Source: Oscillospiraceae bacterium (GTDB taxonomy: Bacteria > Bacillota > Clostridia > Saccharofermentanales > Saccharofermentanaceae). From it: DNA of 64,000 nt. The translations under genes were made by a program, and so were the position numbers. Positions 10,209 through 18,085 of the stretch are shown piece by piece; the first letter of the stretch is position 1, and each line of letters starts with the position of its first letter. The stretch is taken from positions 29,073 through 93,072 of the forward strand of contig JAZLMM010000046.1 of NCBI GenBank assembly GCA_045598705.1. The letters are read 5' to 3'. The notes below the pieces were generated by a model. The model saw only the letters and a program-made list of their open reading frames with translations. It did no database searches and was not told the DNA's origin.

Positions 10209-10727
10209 ATGCCAAAGACCGCGTTACTGGTCGTAGATATGCAGAATGCCCTGATTCTAGAGCATCCTTTCGATGAGAAGAGATTAGTCAAGACCGTGGC
10301 ACAGATGGAGGACATCTGCCGAAACAAAGGAATCGAAGTCATTTTCATTCGCCATGAGGACAACTCATTGGTGCCTGGAGAGAGTGGATTCGAGATCTAC
10401 AGCAAGGTTGCACCACACGATGGGGAGAAGATCTTCAACAAGCGTTTCAACAGTGCTTTCCGCGGAACAGGTCTTCTCGAGTATCTCAAGGAGAAGGGAA
10501 TTGAACGCTTGATCGTGTGCGGCATGCAGACAGACTTCTGTGTAGATGCTACGATCAAGGCTGGATTCGAACATGGTTTCGAGATCGTCGTTCCACGAGG
10601 CGGACACACGACATTCGATAATCGCTACCTCTCCGGCGAAGAACTCTACCATTACTATAGTTATGAGATTTGGAATCACCGTTATGCACAGGTGATGTCT
10701 GTGGACCATATTGAGGAGTGCTTATGA
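10209..10727 (+). CDS. Isochorismatase-family cysteine hydrolase
   Basis: MPKTALLVVDMQNA... and LIVCGMQTDFCVDAT (catalytic Cys motif). Start trimmed to ATG 10209 after AAGGAAG. Confidence 0.85.
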   Translation: MPKTALLVVDMQNALILEHPFDEKRLVKTVAQMEDICRNKGIEVIFIRHEDNSLVPGESGFEIYSKVAPHDGEKIFNKRFNSAFRGTGLLEYLKEKGIERLIVCGMQTDFCVDATIKAGFEHGFEIVVPRGGHTTFDNRYLSGEELYHYYSYEIWNHRYAQVMSVDHIEECL

Positions 10728-11374
10728 AATCACAGTTTTTCCCATACGATCAGAACTGGCCGAGAGCCCAGCATTTCCACTTCTATGCGAAGATGTTCCC
10801 AACGAATATCTCGTTAAATAAGCGCATCGATGTGACAGAACTTCTTCCGGCCATCGAGAAGAAGGGCTATCGTCAGGATGCGGTGTTCTACTACATGGTT
10901 ACCAAGGCCATCAACAATCAGGGCGAATTGAGTGTAGCATATAAGGATGGACAGATCGGCTGGTGGAACTATCTGAATCCTGCTTATCCGGTCTTCCATG
11001 AAGATGACGAGACGACCACAATCCTGTGGACAGAGTATGACAATGATTTTACCGTCTTCAATGAGAAATTCCTCTGCGATCTCGAGAAATACGGAAACAG
11101 CAAGGGCGTGTTCGCCATGAAGGGAATGCCCCCGACGAACAGTTATAATGTGTGCTTCAATCCATGGTTCTCTTTCGACGGATATTCGGTCGACCTTCAC
11201 GAGATGAAGGATTACTTCTTCCCAACGGTCGATATGTGTAAGGTCATTGAAGAGAACGGCCGGAAATATCTGCCGATTGCGATTACTGTGCACCGTGCAG
11301 CAACGGACCTGATCCATCTCAAGAAATTCTTCGATGATATTGAGAGTTATTTTCCATACTTTATCGAAGCGTGA
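10724..11374 (+). CDS. CatA-like (chloramphenicol acetyltransferase fold) protein, catalytic His replaced by Arg
   Basis: Aligns by eye along its whole length with type-A CAT (W.R..HF.F; NPAYPVFHEDDETTTILWTEYDNDF; NPWFSFDGYSVDL; LPIAITVHRAATD versus MPLAIQVHHAVCDG). ATG 10724 overlaps the upstream stop (ATGA). Confidence 0.75.
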   Translation: MKSQFFPYDQNWPRAQHFHFYAKMFPTNISLNKRIDVTELLPAIEKKGYRQDAVFYYMVTKAINNQGELSVAYKDGQIGWWNYLNPAYPVFHEDDETTTILWTEYDNDFTVFNEKFLCDLEKYGNSKGVFAMKGMPPTNSYNVCFNPWFSFDGYSVDLHEMKDYFFPTVDMCKVIEENGRKYLPIAITVHRAATDLIHLKKFFDDIESYFPYFIEA

Positions 11375-11418
11375 ATATAGCCAATCTAGGTTGATGAATA
11401 AGGGAGAAAGAGAAATAC

Positions 11419-12174
11419 ATGCTGGAACTGCAACATGTTTCATTTGAAGTAAATGAAGAAGGAAACGGTAAAGAAATCCTTCGAGATATTAGTTTAACGA
11501 TTCCGGACGGTGCATTGACCGTCATTACGGGACCAAACGGCGGTGGTAAGTCAACACTTGCCAAGCTGATTGCCGGTATCATTACGCCGACATCAGGTAA
11601 GATTCTCTTTGATGGAGAAGATATTACGACGATGTCGATTACGGACCGTGCGAAGAAGGGAATTGGATTCGCCTTCCAACAGCCGGTGCGCTTCAAGGGC
11701 ATTCAGGTCTTCGACTTAATCAAACTTGCGACGGGTGAGAAGCTCTCCGCAGTGGATGCTTGTAAATACCTGTCGGCAGTGGGACTTTGTGCCCGCGACT
11801 ATATTAATCGCGAAGTGAATGCCAGCCTCTCGGGCGGTGAACTGAAGCGTATCGAGATCGCAACTGTATTGGCGAAAGCTTCGAAGTTGTCCGTCTTTGA
11901 CGAACCGGAGGCAGGCATTGACCTGTGGAGTTTCCAGAACCTCATTGAAGTGTTCGAAGATATGAGAAGAACGATCTCGGATAGCTCGATTCTGATCATC
12001 TCGCATCAGGAGCGAATCCTGAATATTGCAGATGAGATCATTGTGCTGAAGGAAGGACAGCTACAGTACTGTGGACCGAAAGAAGAGATTCTGCCGAAGT
12101 TGAACGGTACAGACTCTTCAATTCCAGGTTGTGGCAAAGGAATGTTGAAGAAAGGTGAGGATCAGAAATGCTGA
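11419..12174 (+). CDS. sufC: Fe-S cluster assembly ATPase SufC-like
   Basis: Soluble ABC ATPase (GPNGGGKSTL, LSGGELKR, VFDEPEAGID) directly followed by a SufB/D-family gene. Confidence 0.8.
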   Translation: MLELQHVSFEVNEEGNGKEILRDISLTIPDGALTVITGPNGGGKSTLAKLIAGIITPTSGKILFDGEDITTMSITDRAKKGIGFAFQQPVRFKGIQVFDLIKLATGEKLSAVDACKYLSAVGLCARDYINREVNASLSGGELKRIEIATVLAKASKLSVFDEPEAGIDLWSFQNLIEVFEDMRRTISDSSILIISHQERILNIADEIIVLKEGQLQYCGPKEEILPKLNGTDSSIPGCGKGMLKKGEDQKC

Positions 12175-13094
12175 ATTTAGATGCGGCCTCTGACCGCTTA
12201 CTCGAAGAAGTTGCGGACCTGCACAAGGTGCCGGTCGGTGCATTTAATATCCGTGCGAACGGAAAAGCTGTGGCTCGAAATACCACGGCAAATATTGATA
12301 TTGTCCAGAAAGAAGACGGTTCCGGTATCGACATTAAGATTGCTCCCGGAACAAAGAATGAGAGCGTCCACATTCCAGTGGTCTTGACCGCCAGTGGCAT
12401 CAAGGAGACGGTCTATAACGATTTCTACATCGGCGAAGGCGCAGATGTAGTGATTGTGGCTGGTTGCGGTATCGATAACTGCGGACCGAAAGATTCCGAA
12501 CATGATGGTATCCATCGTTTCTACGTGGGCAAAGGTGCCAAGGTCAAGTATGTAGAGAAGCATTACGGTTCCGGTGAAGGCACAGGTAAGCGTATCCTGA
12601 ATCCCGGCACGGAAGTCTACATGGAAGCAGATAGCTACATGGAGATGGAGATGGTTCAGATTAAGGGCGTGGACGATACGGTTCGTGACACGAAAGCGGA
12701 ATTGGCCGAAGGTGCGAAGTTAATCGTCCGTGAACGCCTGATGACACATGGTGCTCAACGAGCGATCAGCAACTACCGCGTAGATCTCAATGGCGATGGT
12801 TGTACATGTGATGTGGTCTCCCGTTCTGTGGCAAGAGATGATTCCTACCAGAAATTCGATGCAATTCTGACCGGTAATGCACCTTGCTCCGGTCATACTG
12901 AATGCGATGCGATCATCATGGACAATGGTAAGATTCTTGCGGTTCCAGGTCTGGAAGCGAACAACGTGGATGCGGCACTGGTTCATGAGGCAGCAATCGG
13001 TAAGATTGCCGGCGAACAGTTGATCAAACTGATGACACTTGGCCTGACCGAACAAGAAGCAGAAGAACAAATTATTAACGGTTTCTTGAAATAA
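12168..13094 (+). CDS. sufB: SufB/SufD-family Fe-S assembly scaffold (short form)
   Basis: 308 aa. The C-terminus ...VDAALVHEAAIGKIAGEQLIKLMTLGLTEQEAEEQIINGFL is typical of SufB/D. It overlaps sufC by 7 nt. Confidence 0.75.
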   Translation: MLNLDAASDRLLEEVADLHKVPVGAFNIRANGKAVARNTTANIDIVQKEDGSGIDIKIAPGTKNESVHIPVVLTASGIKETVYNDFYIGEGADVVIVAGCGIDNCGPKDSEHDGIHRFYVGKGAKVKYVEKHYGSGEGTGKRILNPGTEVYMEADSYMEMEMVQIKGVDDTVRDTKAELAEGAKLIVRERLMTHGAQRAISNYRVDLNGDGCTCDVVSRSVARDDSYQKFDAILTGNAPCSGHTECDAIIMDNGKILAVPGLEANNVDAALVHEAAIGKIAGEQLIKLMTLGLTEQEAEEQIINGFLK

Positions 13095-13134
13095 TAAGTG
13101 AGAGTGCTTTTCCCAGACAGGAGATGGCGGACAC

Positions 13135-14007
13135 ATGAAGAAACATACTGACGTAAGAAAGAAGAAGAGGGAGAAATTCTGGCATAGGTTCAGAATTGTT
13201 CTGACCGTCCTTTTTGCATTGGTTTTCTGTGTCTCAGCTTTCTTCCTGATTCGTGATCACATAGAAAGTCGTAAAGAACGCTCTGCGTTCGAAAGTCTAC
13301 AAGAGCTTGTATCGCAGGGGACTGCGGGTGAACCGACACAGACTCAGATGCACCCAGTAAGTCCAGAGGACTCGTCTGCGAATCCATCCTCCGGAGAGTC
13401 AGAAGAGACAGTACCGACTGCTCCGACAGAACCGGTCATGTTGCCGCATTATGCACCACTTTACGAACAGAATCCGGATTTCTTCGGTTGGATCTCCATC
13501 GATGGAATGAATATTAACTACCCGATCATGCACACGCCGGAAGACCCACAGTTCTACTTAAGACGAGCTTTCGATAAGTCGGATTCCCATTGCGGCGTCC
13601 CCTTTCTGGATGCTAAGTGTGCGCCAGACAGCAATGCATATATCGTCTACGGCCACCATATGAAAGATGGAACGATGTTCGGACACCTGACCGACTATGC
13701 GGAGGAAGACTTCTACTTGTCGCATCAGACCATCCACTTTGACACACTCTACGAACAAAGAGAATATCAGGTGTTCGCTGTGTTCTATTGCGATGTCAGT
13801 TACGAAGATAATGGAAGTTTTGCCTTCTACAAGTATACCGATCTCTCAGATGATGCGGTCTATGATGAATTCATCAGTCAGCTTCGTCAGGTGACGATCT
13901 ACGAGACAGACTTTGAAGTGGAGAATGGGACGGATATTCTAATGCTCTCCACCTGCTCCTATCACACGAGCGATGGCAGGTTCGTCGTCGTGGCCAAACG
14001 GGTATAA
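13135..14007 (+). CDS. srtB: Class B sortase
   Basis: N-terminal TM anchor, YIVYGHHMKDGTMFGHL, active-site LMLSTCSYH and C-terminal RFVVVAKR. Confidence 0.85.
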   Translation: MKKHTDVRKKKREKFWHRFRIVLTVLFALVFCVSAFFLIRDHIESRKERSAFESLQELVSQGTAGEPTQTQMHPVSPEDSSANPSSGESEETVPTAPTEPVMLPHYAPLYEQNPDFFGWISIDGMNINYPIMHTPEDPQFYLRRAFDKSDSHCGVPFLDAKCAPDSNAYIVYGHHMKDGTMFGHLTDYAEEDFYLSHQTIHFDTLYEQREYQVFAVFYCDVSYEDNGSFAFYKYTDLSDDAVYDEFISQLRQVTIYETDFEVENGTDILMLSTCSYHTSDGRFVVVAKRV

Positions 14008-14030
14008 ACATTACCGGGACATCTAAAATA

Positions 14031-14100
14031 GAAAATCTTCCCTGCGACTTCAGACAACATTTTGCTTCGCAAAATGAAACTTGTCGCAGGGAAGATTTTC
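14031..14100. repeat. Nested inverted repeat (18-bp perfect arms enclosing an 8-bp hairpin), probable bidirectional terminator
   Basis: GAAAATCTTCCCTGCGAC (14031-14048) pairs with GTCGCAGGGAAGATTTTC (14083-14100). The inner hairpin is CATTTTGC-ttc-GCAAAATG (14058-14076). Confidence 0.7.
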
Positions 14101-14154
14101 TGTTTCGTGGTCAGTTCGTGAGGTGGGTTACACGAGGTGATTGCGATAAGAAAA

Positions 14155-14192
14155 GAGACGACTTCACTTACGCGAAATCGTCTCTTTGTTTG
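14155..14192 (+). terminator. Hairpin plus T-rich tail
   Basis: GAGACGA (14155-14161) pairs with TCGTCTC (14178-14184), followed by TTTGTTTG. The complement also ends in TTTTCTT. Confidence 0.5.
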
Positions 14193-14394
14193 TAGTGGTG
14201 GAACGGGTGCCGTCAAGGACGAACACCCCTCCCAATAGCCATCTTCGCCTTCTAGAGCCGATTCTATATCCTCAAACGGGATATTCTCAATATCAGTGCG
14301 CACTTACAGATATGAATCCCTCGCCTAACGTCCCTTGACAATCTGTCCGTCTGTATTTCAATATAAATGTGCAGACTCAGAATCGGAGGTAAGT

Positions 14395-15120
14395 ATGTTT
14401 CGGGTAGCGTTATGTGACGACAACAAGGCTTTCTTAGAGTATGAAAGAAGCATCATCGAGCAGCATATGAGTGAGAAGTCTCTTGAAGTTCTGTGCGACT
14501 TTTTTCTTTCAGGTGCGGAACTTCTTGCACAGCAGCAACTAGCCCAAGCATATGATTTGTTCATCTTGGATTATGAAATGGATGGATTAACTGGATTTGA
14601 AACTGCTAGCAAGATATATGAGGTGTCTCCTCAGGCAAAGATTGCATTTGCAACCCAATACTACGATTTTACAAGAGAAGGTTACAAGTATCGTGCAATC
14701 AGATATCTTGTCAAGCAGGAGGATTCTTTTCAGACAGATTTGAAAGAGTGCCTAGAATGTGTTCTCAAAGCAGATGTCAACAAGAAGGTAATACTAGAAA
14801 CCAGTAGCAGCACAATAGAAGTGGATGTTTCTGATATAGCGTATATTAAGAGTGATAAGCACTACATTGAGTATTTTACCATTGTCCGTGAATTGAATCT
14901 CCACAGAAGAGTTAATCTGGATGTAGCTCAAGAGGAATTACCTGAACATTTTGAACGTGTTCATCAAAGATATATTGTCAATCTGAATTATGCAACTGAG
15001 GTTAAACGATATTCAATCACACTTAAATTGCCGGAGAGAGATACCATAGATATTCCTATTGCACGCAGACGTTTTGAGGGTGTGTACGATCAGTTTGTCC
15101 TTGTAAAAGGAGGCATGTAA
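14395..15120 (+). CDS. LytTR-family response regulator (AgrA/ComE-like)
   Basis: Receiver domain (MFRVALCDDNK...DLFILDYEMDG) plus a C-terminal LytTR domain (IAYIKSDKHYIEYFT...VHQRYIVNLNY). RBS GGAGG before ATG 14395. Confidence 0.9.
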   Translation: MFRVALCDDNKAFLEYERSIIEQHMSEKSLEVLCDFFLSGAELLAQQQLAQAYDLFILDYEMDGLTGFETASKIYEVSPQAKIAFATQYYDFTREGYKYRAIRYLVKQEDSFQTDLKECLECVLKADVNKKVILETSSSTIEVDVSDIAYIKSDKHYIEYFTIVRELNLHRRVNLDVAQEELPEHFERVHQRYIVNLNYATEVKRYSITLKLPERDTIDIPIARRRFEGVYDQFVLVKGGM

Positions 15121-16424
15121 TGGTCTATGGGATAGTAAATACAATTGTATATGTTGTTCTAGCGCAACTTTTCTGTTCAACATTTGTAGATCGAGAAGAA
15201 CGTACGGATGCATATGCAATTAGTATATCAGCCCTATGGATAATTGCTGGAACTGTTGCGGCAATGTCGCTTGAAGAGATGGTTGTCATCAGAATTGCAA
15301 CAGCTATTGCACTGAACATCGTGTTCTTGATGTTCCTTAGTAAGAAGGATAATCCGATGAAGATTATCGCAGTATCGGTTCTCTACTATGTGATGGCATT
15401 TTCTTGTGAAATTGCAGTTGTGGCAGCTTATAAGTATTTTGATTCCAGTTTAAAGATTGAAAAAGTGATGGATAATCATGCTTCAATTTACTTGGGGGCT
15501 CTGTGCCAGCTCCTCGAGGCACTAATTGTATTTTGGATACGAAGGATATTTCGTAAGTCAAAGAAAGATACCATCAAATCTCGTATGTGGCTGATTTATA
15601 CGATTTTTCCCCTCTACTCACTGACATTAATCGTAGTGTTCGCATACGGTTTTAATCGACCGCTTAGTACATTTTGGATGAATGTTTTTACATATGTAGC
15701 TTGTTCTCTACTCTTAATCAACCTGCTCATATACTGGTTCATCAGTCAGGAATCAAGAAGAACATTGCAAGCACAGAAGACCGAACTGGAAACAAGCCAT
15801 ACGCAGGGACTTGCTCAATTGTACGAACAGATTACAAAAGAAAGAGATATTCTGGGGAAAAGAGAACACGAATATAAGAATACTATCGTAGCTTTACGTG
15901 GCCTCATGGCTGATAAACAGTATGACAAAGTGCAGGAAATCCTTGATGTTTCGAATACGGAATTGGTTCAAAACACAAATGTATTTGAAACGGGTCATCA
16001 ATTGATCAATTCAATCCTGAATACAAAATATGTCGAGGCAAAAGATAAGGGAATTTCATTCAGATTCATCATAGATGACCTTTCGAAATTGATGATGAGT
16101 GATCGAGATTGCATTGTCATCTTATCCAATATACTCAATAATGCCATTGAAGCTTTGGAGAAATGTCCGCAAGAGAAGAAAGAAATGTCAGTTAAAGCAG
16201 TAATAGAGGACGGACAATTTGTCTTTGCTTGCCGAAACTTCTATGTGCATGATGAAACAGTTGATTTGAAAAGTAAGAAGAAAGACGTCGTTTCGCATGG
16301 TTATGGAATAGAAAATATCAGAGAAGCAGTTAATCGAAATAAAGGAAAATGCCTTTTCCGAAAAGATGAAAATGAGTTCTACGCTGTAGTCATAATACCA
16401 CTGCAAACTACCAAAATTGCCTAA
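15120..16424 (+). CDS. GHKL sensor histidine kinase, AgrC/ComD-like (HPK10 type)
   Basis: Six or so N-terminal TM helices, an H-box REHEYKNTI, and an N-box ILSNILNNAIEA. The start overlaps the regulator stop (TAATG). Confidence 0.85.
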   Translation: MVYGIVNTIVYVVLAQLFCSTFVDREERTDAYAISISALWIIAGTVAAMSLEEMVVIRIATAIALNIVFLMFLSKKDNPMKIIAVSVLYYVMAFSCEIAVVAAYKYFDSSLKIEKVMDNHASIYLGALCQLLEALIVFWIRRIFRKSKKDTIKSRMWLIYTIFPLYSLTLIVVFAYGFNRPLSTFWMNVFTYVACSLLLINLLIYWFISQESRRTLQAQKTELETSHTQGLAQLYEQITKERDILGKREHEYKNTIVALRGLMADKQYDKVQEILDVSNTELVQNTNVFETGHQLINSILNTKYVEAKDKGISFRFIIDDLSKLMMSDRDCIVILSNILNNAIEALEKCPQEKKEMSVKAVIEDGQFVFACRNFYVHDETVDLKSKKKDVVSHGYGIENIREAVNRNKGKCLFRKDENEFYAVVIIPLQTTKIA

Positions 16425-16517
16425 TTTCGACCGTTTTTGCCAGATTTTCCAAAACCTATTCTCATCCTTGAAAGCATGTGCTATATCTGGGGTAAACACA
16501 GTTGGAAGGAGTATGAG

Positions 16518-16745
16518 ATGGAACAGATTGCAGGCAAAATTGTAGTCCGAATGAAGGAAACAAAAATGATTTCGGAAGATGAATCCGAAAAGTACATTTA
16601 TGGCGTTCAGGTTGTTCTAGAGAAGATTATTTCCTACATTTCAGGATATGGTGCGATAGCAGCTATGTACTACTTAAAGACGAATAGCAGTTATTCAATG
16701 ACGGAATACTACGCTGATTTTGACTGGAGTGCAAATCCATATTAA
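16518..16745 (+). pseudogene. Truncated agrB-like fragment (N-terminal ~45 aa of an AgrB-family peptidase fused to an unrelated tail)
   Basis: MEQIAGKIVVRMKETKMISEDESEKYIYGVQVVLEKIISYIS matches the AgrB N-terminal pattern (I..ed.e.Y.YG.q..le). The frame stops after 75 aa, whereas AgrB is about 190-210 aa. RBS GGAAGGAG. Confidence 0.5.
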
Positions 16746-16786
16746 AATGTGACCAATTGTTGCTTTTGACGGAGGCTCATAGGAAA

Positions 16787-18064
16787 GTGAAAAACAAGTT
16801 TTTCCCCGAGACAAGTCTACTTCTGATTACTGCACTGATGCTGACTTCCTGTACTGGTTCAGAAGTACAGGAGGCCAGCCGCTCGATGCATAGTGAGAGC
16901 GTCTTGCCATATTCAGAACCGCAAGAATCATCCTCGCAGGAGAGCGTGGAAATGTCTGCTACTTCTTCTACATCAGATAGTGGTGACAGCACGCCTGAAA
17001 CTACAGCAAAGTGGAGAGCTCGTAATTCTGCTGATCAACCACCGAAATTCGAATACAATATAACATTTAGCCCAGATCTTCTGGTGGCAGACTATGGTGT
17101 GAAAGAAGTAAATGTTTATCAGGCCAAGTATGCGCCGGATGATGAGATGATCTACTGGGAAGACAATTGGCTGGCGTGGGAGTATGCAGAATTAACCTGG
17201 TGGAGCGTGGGTCGCAAATTCCAAGCCCACGATGAGAACCATACGCTTCATCAAGCTGATGCTGTGACTTCCAAAGAAAACATTCAGAATGTTCGACTCG
17301 CCTCTTTAAGTGAATTCGAAGGGTGTGAGGGTATTGCTGGTACGATGAATATTCCGGTGGAGAGCAAGATTCTCTGTTGGACATATGAAGTCAAGGATTT
17401 CCCAACTCAATGCTTCTCAGAATATCGTGTGTACGACGTTCCGGAAGATCTTCATGAAATCCAGTTTGGGCGAATCAGTGCTCAGTTTGTGGATGGGTTA
17501 CCTACTTATGGACGCGTCTTACACGCCTCACATGCTACTTATGAGTGGCCAGGTGTTGTACCCCCGTCTCGTATTGCTCGTCCGCTTGCGGAAGAAGGAC
17601 GTTACATGGTAAATCCCAACCATACACTCACATTTGAACCATGTGTCACGAAGTATACGGTTGGTGAGGCGATTCAAACCAATCTTCCTGTAGTGGATCC
17701 CGAGACATGTATGGATGAGATCAAGCGTGCTTTGGAGTATGAACCAGTCATATGGGGAACTAATGATGGGGTCGTACATATCTGGGAGAATAACATCGAA
17801 GTCTATTGCATGGAATTAACATATGTGGCGCTTGATTCGACCACTAGTTTGACCGAAGAAGGCCTCGGTGGCGACTACAAGAAAAATGATTTGTATCTGG
17901 TTCCTGCTTGGGAAGTTCACTTTGTGATTTCAGATCCTGAACAAACAGGTGTTTATGATGGAAAACTGCTACTTAATGCCGTAACTGGTAAATCACTTTA
18001 TTCAGATAATTTTGGAGATGAAGAGAACGTGGACCTGTACCCGGATTTGAAGGATCCATGCTGA
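16787..18064 (+). CDS. Lipoprotein of unknown function
   Basis: A GTG 16787 start gives MKNKFFPETSLLLITALMLTSC (lipobox LTSC), followed by a Ser-rich linker. The track start at 16757 (TTG) is also possible. Confidence 0.7.
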   Translation: MKNKFFPETSLLLITALMLTSCTGSEVQEASRSMHSESVLPYSEPQESSSQESVEMSATSSTSDSGDSTPETTAKWRARNSADQPPKFEYNITFSPDLLVADYGVKEVNVYQAKYAPDDEMIYWEDNWLAWEYAELTWWSVGRKFQAHDENHTLHQADAVTSKENIQNVRLASLSEFEGCEGIAGTMNIPVESKILCWTYEVKDFPTQCFSEYRVYDVPEDLHEIQFGRISAQFVDGLPTYGRVLHASHATYEWPGVVPPSRIARPLAEEGRYMVNPNHTLTFEPCVTKYTVGEAIQTNLPVVDPETCMDEIKRALEYEPVIWGTNDGVVHIWENNIEVYCMELTYVALDSTTSLTEEGLGGDYKKNDLYLVPAWEVHFVISDPEQTGVYDGKLLLNAVTGKSLYSDNFGDEENVDLYPDLKDPC

Positions 18065-18085
18065 CGATTTGAAAGAGGTATTAAG

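Noticed and set aside
10724-11374. Calling the CAT-like gene a chloramphenicol-resistance determinant.
   Set aside because: The catalytic His of the HHAVCDG motif is Arg here (HRAATDL), so no resistance function is claimed.
14196-14235. Possible decayed copy of the tRNA 3' end (TGGTGGA...AGGACGAAC...CCCC), which would serve as an att-type direct repeat for the AT-rich block.
   Set aside because: The reverse complement cannot be folded into a T-arm plus acceptor stem, and the identity with tRNA-Ala is limited to a 7-mer and a gapped 9-mer. Only the 11-bp inverted match to 20382-20392 was kept, as weak evidence.
13962-14303. 113-aa minus-strand ORF in the srtB to response-regulator gap.
   Set aside because: It reads straight through both hairpins (14031-14100 and 14155-14192) and overlaps the srtB 3' end. 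No RBS is seen upstream of ATG 14303. I treat the interval as non-coding.
16476-16517. Upstream in-frame ATG giving MCYIWGKHSWKEYE, considered as a possible AIP-like Cys-containing peptide.
   Set aside because: There is no RBS and no AgrD-like amphipathic leader or acidic tail. It is continuous with the agrB-stub frame and is most simply 5' UTR.
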